The position numbers and the translations under genes were made by a program. The notes beneath the pieces are model-generated. The model did no database searches, was not told where the DNA came from, and was given only the letters and a program-made list of their open reading frames with translations. This document shows, in pieces, positions 53,796 to 64,000 of a DNA stretch of 64,000 nt (the stretch's first letter is position 1; the number at the start of each line of letters is the position of its first letter). This stretch comes from Octopus bimaculoides (taxonomy: Eukaryota). The stretch spans positions 42,636,549-42,700,548 of the forward strand of contig NC_068982.1 of the NCBI RefSeq assembly GCF_001194135.2, read 5' to 3'.

Positions 53796-54698
53796 AATAA
53801 TATATATATATATATATATANNNNNNNNNNNNNNNNNNNNNNNNNNNNNNNNNNNNNNNNNNNNNNNNNNNNNNNNNNNNNNNNNNNNNNNNNNNNNNNN
53901 NNNNNNNNNNNNNNNNNNNNNNNNNNNNNNNNNNNNNNNNNNNNNNNNNNNNNNNNNNNNNNNNNNNNNNNNNNNNNNNNNNNNNNNNNNNNNNNNNNNN
54001 NNNNNNNNNNNNNNNNNNNNNNNNNNNNNNNNNNNNNNNNNNNNNNNNNNNNNNNNNNNNNNNNNNNNNNNNNNNNNNNNNNNNNNNNNNNNNNNNNNNN
54101 NNNNNNNNNNNNNNNNNNNNNNNNNNNNNNNNNNNNNNNNNNNNNNNNNNNNNNNNNNNNNNNNNNNNNNNNNNNNNNNNNNNNNNNNNNNNNNNNNNNN
54201 NNNNNNNNNNNNNNNNNNNNNNNNNNNNNNNNNNNNNNNNNNNNNNNNNNNNNNNNNNNNNNNNNNNNNNNNNNNNNNNNNNNNNNNNNNNNNNNNNNNN
54301 NNNNNNNNNNNNNNNNNNNNNNNNNNNNNNNNNNNNNNNNNNNNNNNNNNNNNNNNNNNNNNNNNNNNNNNNNNNNNNNNNNNNNNNNNNNNNNNNNNNN
54401 NNNNNNNNNNNNNNNNNNNNNNNNNNNNNNNNNNNNNNNNNNNNNNNNNNNNNNNNNNNNNNNNNNNNNNNNNNNNNNNNNNNNNNNNNNNNNNNNNNNN
54501 NNNNNNNNNNNNNNNNNNNNNNNNNNNNNNNNNNNNNNNNNNNNNNNNNNNNNNNNNNNNNNNNNNNNNNNNNNNNNNNNNNNNNNNNNNNNNNNNNNNN
54601 NNNNNNNNNNNNNNNNNNNNNNNNNNNNNNNNNNNNNNNNNNNNNNNNNNNNNNNNNNNNNNNNNNNNNNNNNNNNNNNNNNNNNNNNNNNNNNNNNN

Positions 54699-54738
<40 letters not shown>

Positions 54739-54949
54739 TGTGTGTACCAGGTTATTTTGTGTCAACAGCTTTTCGTATTTCGTATTTCAAGTATTCCTAG
54801 TTTTAATTCATAGCTTGAAGAAATTATATACGAAAAGCGTTTATTCATCAATACATATTCCATTATGTTCTATTGTGTGTTGTCATCGTATCATCTGAAG
54901 CCAAATTCTATGCTTATTACATTTGATTGGTTTTGAGGTAAAAGACTAT

Positions 54950-55440
54950 TTGCACCCGGTTGCAAACTAATCCTCATTGTTGTACCTCTGACGATGCAGG
55001 AAATGTGTCATGACTTGGTAATCTGATGGTGCAAAACTTGAACTGTAGGTAGGGTGAGATAACACTTCCGGCCCATCCCCAAATTCCTCTTGTTTGTGTT
55101 TTGTCACGTTGGTAATCTGTACTGGGGCATTGTCATGCTTTAGGAGTGCGCTACTTCGATTGACTGACGTCGGGTAGCTAGCTTTCAAAGAATCATATAC
55201 TCGCTGAATTTTTTGGACATAAAGTTTAGCATTCACAGCACTATTGTTTCACAAGTTCTGATGCCTGGTCAGAACAAAACCACTGATTTCACTTACCAGG
55301 ATCACGAAATTAGATCCATTTTGAGGATTTGCAAGCGGTTTCTTGCAAATATTCACATTGGCGAGCCTGGTCATTGGTCATTTCATGAAAAGCTTCTCGA
55401 CAGTGTCTATTCACAACACCGAATATCGGAAGTTTGAAAA
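54950..55440 (-). mobile_element. Decayed mariner transposase (catalytic region)
   Basis: LLKHDNAP..EVLSHPTYSSSFAPSDY in ORF 54967-55236. Confidence 0.85.
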
Positions 55441-55643
55441 TGCTTAGTTAAAAAAAATTAATGAAATAATCTGTACTTCAAAGTCGACCTCGTCGAAATT
55501 TGAACTCAAAAACGTAAAGACAGACGAAATACAATTAAACATTTCACCCGGCGCGCGATTGACGAAATTGTGGACTTAAGATTATAATCAACCACTACCG
55601 TGGTTCAATGACTGGTAGACGTTTAGGGAAGGATAGAAAAATG

Positions 55644-55678
55644 GTTTAAAGTTTCGAGCAAAGTTCTTCTTCGGAAAC
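55644..55678 (-). ncRNA. Degenerate PLE-type minimal hammerhead-like motif
   Basis: Minus-strand GTTT-CCGAAGA-A-GAAC TTT GCTC-GAAAC-TTT-AAAC has type I hammerhead topology with core mutations. Confidence 0.35.
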
Positions 55679-56649
55679 GGAGGTNNNNNNNNNNNNNNNN
55701 NNNNNNNNNNNNNNNNNNNNNNNNNNNNNNNNNNNNNNNNNNNNNNNNNNNNNNNNNNNNNNNNNNNNNNNNNNNNNNNNNNNNNNNNNNNNNNNNNNNN
55801 NNNNNNNNNNNNNNNNNNNNNNNNNNNNNNNNNNNNNNNNNNNNNNNNNNNNNNNNNNNNNNNNNNNNNNNNNNNNNNNNNNNNNNNNNNNNNNNNNNNN
55901 NNNNNNNNNNNNNNNNNNNNNNNNNNNNNNNNNNNNNNNNNNNNNNNNNNNNNNNNNNNNNNNNNNNNNNNNNNNNNNNNNNNNNNNNNNNNNNNNNNNN
56001 NNNNNNNNNNNNNNNNNNNNNNNNNNNNNNNNNNNNNNNNNNNNNNNNNNNNNNNNNNNNTATATATATATATATATATATGCTGAAATACGCGAATACG
56101 CGGAGGAAGGTTACGGAAGTAAATTTTACTTTGGTTCCAACTGAATGATCTTCAATCTGCAGAACTAGTTGAGACCGAACAAGATGTCCAATGTATTTGC
56201 TACAAGAAGAACCACAAGGAACCATCCACGCTTGAAAAGCCACCTAGACCTCCCCACTTCATTTTGCGAGTAGAATTTCTCTTGCTCGGCCTGATAAAAT
56301 ACTATTACTTCCATTATATGAATAGAGTCTGTTGTCTCACGTAACTGCACCGGATTTTATAGACATCTCATAGTCAACCAGCACGGCTTTTCGTTAAAAT
56401 GTCAATCAATAAAGAGACAACTTTTTAACTACATTTCTCTTAAATTTTATTCAGCTATATTTTTATAAAAAATTTAGCTTATTTTTATTTTACGAATTGC
56501 AGCTGGAAAGCCTAAACATATCAATAAAAAGAAGAATGACAAGATATATTAGAAAAAATGTGAGGTCAAAACAAAATTAAGGAAATGAATGTTAGAAAAA
56601 ATCTTATACCAGAAGAAAGGAGATAGTGATATAAATAAACCGCAAAGAG

Positions 56650-56684
56650 AGAGAAAGGGAGATAGATAGACAGACAGACAGACT

Positions 56685-56718
<34 letters not shown>

Positions 56719-56725
56719 GATACAA

Positions 56726-56766
<41 letters not shown>

Positions 56767-56773
56767 GAGAGAC

Positions 56774-56806
<33 letters not shown>
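56650..56806. repeat. Compound (GA)/(GACA)/(GATA) microsatellite
   Basis: Seen directly in the sequence. Confidence 0.9.
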
Positions 56807-56808
<2 letters not shown>

Positions 56809-57243
56809 ACAAAATGAAAAGTGGAAACTATCAATTAAGTAAAATAAAAAAAGAAAAAGATTTAAAGACGACCGAAAGTGAGAGAGATGTAGAGCGGAAA
56901 AGAACTTATAACTTATGTCCTCTTCAACGTCTTCCATCTTTTCAAAGATAAGAGGCACNNNNNNNNNNNNNNNNNNNNNNNNNNNNNNNNNNNNNNNNNN
57001 NNNNNNNNNNNNNNNNNNNNNNNNNNNNNNNNNNNNNNNNNNNNNNNNNNNNNNNNNNNNNNNNNNNNNNNNNNNNNNNNNNNNNNNNNNNNNNNNNNNN
57101 NNNNNNNNNNNNNNNNNNNNNNNNNNNNNNNNNNNNNNNNNNNNNNNNNNNNNNNNNNNNNNNNNNNNNNNNNNNNNNNNNNNNNNNNNNNNNNNNNNNN
57201 NNNNNNNNNNNNNNNNNNNNNNNNNNNNNNNNNNNNNNNNNNN

Positions 57244-57570
57244 AGTGCCTTCTACTATAGCCTCGGGCCGACCAATGCCTTGTGAGTGGATTTGGTAGAC
57301 GGAAACTGAAAGAAGCCCGTCGTATATGTGTATATATATGTGTATGTGTGTGTGTGTGTTTGTATGTCTGTGTTTGTCCCCCCAACGTCGCTTGACAACC
57401 GATGCTGGTGTGTTTATGTCCCCGTAACTTAGTGGTTCGGCAAAAAGAGACCGATAGAATAAGTACTAGGCTTCCAAAGAATAAGTCCTGGGGTCGATTT
57501 CTTCGACTAAAGGCGGTGCTCCAGCATGGCCGCAGTCAAAAGACTGAAACAAGTAAAAGAGTAAAAGAGA
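57244..57570 (+). mobile_element. SINE family B (5' end in gap)
   Basis: GTGCCTTCTACTATAGCCTCGGGCCGACC..CGACTAAAGGCGGTGCTCCAGCATGGCCGCAGTC..GTAAAAGAGTAAAAGAG. Confidence 0.9.
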
Positions 57571-57734
57571 TATAAAGAAATATACGTGTTTATGTTCATA
57601 GCTATATATTATATGAATATGTGAGTATGTATGTATACACACACACAAACACACACATGTATCTTTATTGATATTTAATTACAATGTGTACATATGCGTT
57701 TGCATGCTTATGAGAGATATATTTATATACTGTA

Positions 57735-57792
<58 letters not shown>

Positions 57793-57845
57793 GTTTTTAC
57801 ATTATTTACAATTGACGGATATTTGTCCTCATCTTGTTTGTTGTT

Positions 57846-57891
57846 AACACAATGTTTCGGCTGATATACCCTCCAGCTTTTATCAGGTGTC
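57846..57891 (-). ncRNA. Minimal type I hammerhead ribozyme motif in the Penelope 3' end, slightly degenerate
   Basis: GACAC-CTGATAA-A-AGCTG gagggtatat CAGCC-GAAAC-ATT-GTGTT; stem I GACAC/GTGTT; stem II GCTG/CAGC. Confidence 0.6.
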
Positions 57892-57950
57892 TTGGGCGAA
57901 ATTTCGAACTTGGGTTCTCAATTCTAAGATATTTTTCGATGTTGTTGTTG

Positions 57951-57985
<35 letters not shown>

Positions 57986-57987
<2 letters not shown>

Positions 57988-58060
57988 TGTCACAGCCTGA
58001 AATCGAATTCGGAATCTTGCGATTAGTAGCCTGCGCTCTCAACCACGACGCCATATGCTC
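57986..58060 (-). other. tRNA-like Pol III head (A and B boxes) within the Penelope 3' UTR; not a functional tRNA
   Basis: GAGCATATGGCGTCGTGGTTGAGAGCGCAGGCTACTAATCGCAAGATTCCGAATTCGATTTCAGGCTGTGACATG; acceptor stem does not pair. Confidence 0.7.
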
Positions 58061-59832
58061 GTCCGCAATTATGGATTGAAGTTTAGGGCTTATAAATCTA
58101 ATATTCTCCTATCCTTCCTTAATACCGGCTCCCATATGCTCTTCATATCTGCACTCGGTCTGACTAGGAGGTTGTTGTGCCCTAGCATATGCGCTGCTTC
58201 TTTTAGTTTTCGTATTTTCCAGTGGTGTTCTCTGTCTATTATTTTAACTTCATCCCACAGTGGGAGGTGGTCTCCATTTTTCCCTACATGATCAGCTATA
58301 TCCGATTTATCAATATCTCCCGTGTCACGGCTTTGCGATGTTCCTCTACCCTTATTTTGAGGGGACGACATGTTTCGCCTTTGTATAACCTACCACAGCT
58401 GCATGGGATGGAGTACACGAAGTTCTTAGTCATATTCTCTTCTATTGGTGGTTTTAATCGAAGGAGATATTTGCGAAGTGTTGTATTACTTTTGAAAACT
58501 GTCCTGATGTCAAATGGGCTGCATATCGTTTGTATCTTTTCGGAGAGGCCTTTCACATCGGGTAGACAGACTGTGGACAGTTTGGATAGCTTTATTGAGT
58601 TCACATTCGTATGGATGGCTTTATTGAGTTCACATGACCTAACAGCACTTGGATATCTTCCTTGTGGGGCCAGAGTATGAAGTTGTCATCAACATATCGC
58701 AGCCATAGGGTTGGTTTTAGTGGTGTTGATCCTAAAACCAAATTCTGAAAGTATTCCATGTATATACTGACTATTATCGGTGGTAATGGTGAACTCATAG
58801 CTAAACACTCTTCTTGTCGATGTATATCAGTGTTCATACTGAAGTAGGTAGGTTCTACACAGAAGGTCAACATTTCCATCAAGTTTCTTATTGGTATATT
58901 AGTGCATTCTTTTAGGTGGGTGTCCGTCACTAGTTTTTCTTGAATCACCGACAGTGCTTCACCATTTGGAACTTTGGTGAACAGGCTTATGACATCTAGA
59001 CTCACCATCTGGTTGGATTTAATGAAGGTATCTTTGATCAATTCTGTGATGTGGGTGGAATTCCTTCATGTATGATGTTGACTTTCCTGCTAATGGACTG
59101 ATTATATCCACAAGGAAGCGGCTCAGTGGATGACATGCTGAACCTCTACAGCTCCCTATAAGTCTTAATGGAATACCATCCTTGTGAATCATAGGAAGAC
59201 CGTACATGTGTGGTATTTTACTGTAGTGTTGAGTCAGTTGTCTGTACTTCATTTGTGTAAAGTGATACTTGTTCTTGATCAAGATCTGTGACAATTTCCT
59301 TTCTGTTTTCAGAGTTGGATCTTTCTTTACTTTGCTGTAGCTACCATCACTTATAAGACTTGCCAATTTTTCAGAGTAGTCAGACTTGTTCATCACCACT
59401 GTAGCATTTCCCTTGTTCGCCGGAAGTATTATTATGGAATTGTCACTCTGTAGTCTTTTGATAGCGAAAGTTTCTTCCTTAGTGATGTTTGGTTTGAGAA
59501 GTTTCGCTTTTTCCAGTACCTGTCTCCCTGAGCTTTTGGTATCTTTATGGCTATCTCTTCAATAGGGGCTATTATGTCCAAGTATGGAATGCGCTTGATG
59601 GTTGTCGCAAAGTTGAGACCTTCGTTTAGTACTGCTTCTTCAGAGCTTTCTAGATGTCGGCTACTTACATTAATTACTACTTTCACAGGTGGGTGACGGA
59701 CTTCAGTCTTCATTCTCTGACCTTTGAGTTTTATAAACTTCTTAATCTGGCGTGTCTTCACCATTTCAAGTTCTTTCATGTATGACGTTTCTGGATCTTG
59801 TTGGATTCTCTTTCTATCATCATCTCTGGTTA

Positions 59833-60626
59833 TTTTCGACATAAAGCTCAACTTAATAGAAGTATTAATAACATACAAGCAATATAGACATTTATATATT
59901 TTTATACGCCCGCAAACATCTAAAAATATTTTAAAACATTTATAAATACATAGGCATTTAAAAAATTATATAAGTAAAATAAGTACAAAATATATACATA
60001 ATAAGATATAAAAGCGTCTATATTATATAAGACATGGTGAATTATAAATTCATATAATATACTATAGAGAAATAAAAATTTAGAGGTCACAACACAAGCA
60101 CTTAGATATTTCAAAATATATAAAAGAACATTCATAATAGGCATTATTAAAATAGAAGACATCGATATGAAATACGATATAGTAAATAAGTTCATAGGAT
60201 ATTTTACTAAAGATTTAGTCCTTGTAACATATCCTATGAACTTATTATTTACTATGTCCTATTTCATATCGATGAATTCTATTTTAATAATGCCTATGTA
60301 TTTATGAATGTTTTTTATATATTGTGAAATATCTAAGTGTTTTTAGATATTCTATGTGCTTGTGATGTGACCTCTAAATTTTTATTTCTCTATAGTATAT
60401 TATATGAATTTATAATTCACTATGTCTTATATAATATAGACGCTTTTATATTTTATTATGTATATACTTTGTACTTATTTTACTTATATATTTTTTTAAA
60501 TGCTTATGTATTTATAAATGTTTTTAAATATTTTTAGATATTTGCGGTCTTATAAAAATATAATAATGTCTATATGCTTGTATGTTATTAATACTTCTAT
60601 TAAGTTGAGGTTTATTAATGTCGAAG
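59833..60626. mobile_element. AT-rich foldback palindrome of about 800 bp
   Basis: Arms about 59833-60202 and 60229-60626 with a 26-bp spacer; TA on both sides; ORFs 59920-60195(-) and 60337-60537(+) give near-identical peptides. Confidence 0.85.
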
Positions 60627-60835
60627 TAAGTGTGCATATATACTGAATATTCTGCTGGATAATAAGTCATGTTCCTCTAGTTTTCCGCTCGTATTGCCGC
60701 CACTCAAATTATAAATTGGAACTTAGCACAATTTGAGCACCTCGATTCTAGTCTGTCTACGAGTATTGTTAATTAATAACAATATCTATAAAATGGTATA
60801 ATTGATATATATATACACACACACACACACACACG

Positions 60836-60907
<72 letters not shown>

Positions 60908-61499
60908 TATGTATATGTATACATATACATACATATATGCATATATATATATCCATCCATCCATCCATCCACCCATCCGTCCATCGATCCATACATACAT
61001 ACATATATTCAAGTACATGCATACATATACATGACAAGTTGCTGAAATCGTTAGACTATATCTTATACTACTCATTTATGTATGTATGTATGTATGTATG
61101 TATGTATGTATGTATGTATNNNNNNNNNNTGTGTATGTATGTATGCATGTATGTATGCATATATGTATGTATGAATAGTTATATCTGTTTGCCGTCTCAC
61201 TTGATATCACGTTTGTGATGAATTTATCTTTCATTCTTCGTCGCTTGATGAATTATATATCCTCCAAACATTACGGATCAATAAGATCGTTATAGCTCTT
61301 CTTCTAAATTTCTCGTCCTATATCTATCTTAGAAATCATAAAATCAGTAGTATATATACATATACACACACCAAAGATTAAAGAAAAAAATCATGCATCT
61401 AATATGTTTATAGTTTGGTGTTGTCGTTTATGTTTGCTCGCTAAATATTCTGGCTCTGAGTGCTTGAAATGCTTCTTTTGTGCGTTGTTTTGTTTCAAT

Positions 61500-63400
61500 T
61501 TGATGTTTTCTTTTTGTGAATATTATAGAGGTGTTTCGTAATATACTTGTCTTCTATATGGGTGGTATATAAATGTCGTAGTGTATAATGTTTGGTTGTA
61601 TTTGATGTTCTTTGGTGTTGCTGGTTGAAGCAAAACAGTGGATTTGCTAGGTGGTAGTTTATTATATTTATTTGGAGCCAGGATTCTAGGTAGTTGATTT
61701 AGAGTTGGAGTAGTTGCGTGCAGCAGTGTCTTGGGAATAGTAGGAGGAGGTAACTGCGAGAAGGTCATGTAAGTATAGGTTAAAGAGAATAAATAAGAGG
61801 ACTGAAGCATGTGGTTCTCCATTTGCGAAGCAAGATTTTAGGTTTTGTTGTTGTAGTCCATATAGCCTTGGAGACGTGAGAGCTAACATTTATTCTGCTG
61901 TTTAGGATTTTGTTTATGAGTCGGTAGTGGTGAATTGATGTAAATCCTTTGCTGATATCAATATTGGTTTGAGTGATGTGTGTTGGGATTTTTTGTTTTT
62001 GAAACCGTCATATGTTCTTTGTGTGAGGTCTGTGAATAGCGTAATGGATAGAGTGTAACGGTCTGAAACCATGTTGATAGTTGAGAAGGGAATACGTGCG
62101 TTTCTGCTATTAAGGATAAATTATTGAGGGTGTGCATAAGTGAATGATGTTTCTGGGGGATACCGCTTCAATAGAATTTTCCTTAAGTTTTAGAACTTTA
62201 TCTATTTTGCCCAGTTTCGATATTCTAGAATTTAACACTCTTAATATAAGGTTAATATATTTCAAGATGTTTGTATTCTTGTGGTTAAGATGTATATCTC
62301 AGTTTATATCAAAATTTGAAACTTTCCAAAATTTATATTTCTGCATTACATCTGGTCTTTATTGCGAGAATTATGTTATAAACATATTTTGGGTCAAGAT
62401 ATGTATCATGCGAATGATTGATCTGTTTGTGTAGTTATTCTTAACTTCAAGGGCACGGATTCGAAAGGATTTAGAACTAGAATGCATACAAAGATGGCAA
62501 GCAATTAAAACAAATATAACACTGCTGTGTCACTTTCGGAAGTTGTCATTGGTTGTCCACAAAATTGCAAGCATCTTCCTGCTGCTACATAGTGAATAAC
62601 CTCACATGTCAAACCATAATATTATTTAACTTCCATTAAATAAAGATGCATATATTGTTCTTGTTTAGCTCCAAGCCGCCTCTGATCAAACAGACATATA
62701 CCACGCAATTAGGTGGCCGAACGCTGAGCTGCAGTCAACTCATCCGTTTCAGTTACACAATGCCTCTGCCTAGCTTAGAACTACATGGCATATTCTGAGC
62801 TGAGTGATGAATCGTATGTATCCTTTCCGCTGTCCAGACTGTCCTTGTAGGTCTTGAGATTCTGGTGGGGGCTAAGTGGATTTGGTCAGAGCGCGATAGT
62901 TGCTGTTGTTCTGTGTTTATTTTCGGTGTCGAGCATCGCAGTACGATATCTGGAGACAGTGAATCGATTGATGTTACAGCGGTTCCTGTGTCTATGAGTT
63001 CCATATATGTATCCAATTAAAATAATTTGTAGAAGTAGAACTACTTTTCTCGGTTGTTGAATATGTATTTGGGTGTTAGGAGGTGCTTTTTCATATAGTG
63101 ACGTGGATGAGAAGTGACGTTCGCTACGACAACAAACAGTGTAACCCGCTCATTTAGGTCTTTTAGTGTTAGTATTTTTCTTTGTTGTGTAATTGGCACG
63201 TGAGAATTACCTATATATAGCTTTTTACGGTGTAAAACACGCTGTTGGTGTTCTTTGGAATTATTTGGAATTTTGAGCGAAGAATAGTATTGTTGGTTTG
63301 TTGCTTCCTATTGTCGGTTAAATATGGAATATGTGATTGATCTTAATAATTTTTGAGATCTATTTTGGGGGCAGTTTTGTTTTCTTTGCAGACATAATAA
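61500..63400 (-). mobile_element. Decayed I-group LINE ORF2 (APE plus RT)
   Basis: GEPHASVLLFILFNLYLHDL resembles GxPQGSVLSPxLFNLY; VVANVTSH resembles GDVNAH; TSIDSLSPDI resembles IDLxxxSP. Confidence 0.65.
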
Positions 63401-63699
63401 TAGGAGCTAATGAAAATATATAGCCCCAGTGTAAGAGCGGTTCTCCATAGATGGCCTTCTTTTCCCAAATTTCGCGTCAGTCACATCTGCTGGGCAGCAG
63501 ATATACAAGCAAATAGTTCTGATGTATAAGAACAGCAAAGAATAAAATTGGCGTCGTTCAAAAACACTTGATAATGCTAAGAAGGACGAATTCAGTAAAA
63601 ACGCAGAAATACATGCGGCATCTGTTGTACGAACCGATGACATTTTGAATAGCCCACTGTGTTTCCACAACTATTGTTTATGAGAAAAAATTTCCCATG

Positions 63700-64000
63700 C
63701 GTGGCTGTGTGGTAAGTAGCTTGCCTACCAACCACATGGTTCCGGGTTCAGTCCCACTGCGTGGCACCTTGAGCAAGTGTCTTCTACTATAGCCTCGGGT
63801 CGACCAAAGCCTTGTGAGTGGATTTGGTAGACGGAAACTGAAAGAAGCCCGTCGTATATATATGTATGTATGTGTGTGTGAGTGTTTGTGTGTCTGTATT
63901 TGTCCCCCCAACATCGCTTGACAACCGATGCTGGTGTGTTTACGTCCACGTAACTTAGCGGTTCTGCATAAGAGACCGATAAAATAAGTACTAGGCTTCC
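63700..64000 (+). mobile_element. SINE family B, runs off the window end
   Basis: GGCTGTGTGGTAAGTAGCTTGC..GGTTCCGGGTTCAGTCCCACTGCGTGGCACCTTGAGCAAGTGTCTTC. Confidence 0.9.

Larger units (their letters stand above)
57791..59830 (-). mobile_element. Penelope/Poseidon-type element (RT plus GIY-YIG), frameshifted
   Basis: Five overlapping minus-strand ORFs: EGLNFA, YGLPMIHKDGIPLR, MVSLDVISLFTKVP, WLRYVDD, VYSIPCSCGRLYKGETCRPLKIRVEEH, KIRKLKEA. Confidence 0.95.

Noticed and set aside
1989-57385. Long ORFs containing X runs or YI/HT/CV/N/I homopolymers
   Set aside because: They are translations of N gaps and of di- and trinucleotide microsatellites, not genes.
1-64000. CRISPR array, prokaryotic operon or rRNA
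   Set aside because: There is no regularly spaced repeat-spacer structure and no long intact ORF or rRNA motif. The sequence is eukaryotic repeat-rich DNA.

Overview
Eukaryotic, AT-rich, microsatellite-saturated genomic DNA from a gapped scaffold. It has about 16 N-runs, most of them bordered by (TA)n or (CA)n. The repeat families (tRNA-headed SINEs, Penelope-like elements, R4/Dong-like, RTE, CR1-group and I-group LINE remnants, mariner remnants) look like those of Octopus; this assignment comes from recalled repeat sequences, not from a search. I cannot support any intact host protein-coding gene, rRNA, bona fide tRNA or CRISPR array. Almost all ORFs in the track are microsatellite or N-gap translations or transposon debris, so the window reads as intergenic or deep intronic. 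The most notable structure is a frameshifted Penelope/Poseidon-type element (57791-59830, minus strand). Its 3' end carries a tRNA-like Pol III head, then (AAT)n, then a minimal hammerhead-ribozyme motif. The same module occurs as a stand-alone, head-to-head inverted copy at 30046-30473, and the element's ORF is interrupted by a roughly 800-bp near-perfect palindrome. Several other long palindromes, pre-miRNA-sized hairpins, inverted SINE clusters and a few isolated exon-like segments deserve follow-up. Coordinates of decayed repeats are approximate.
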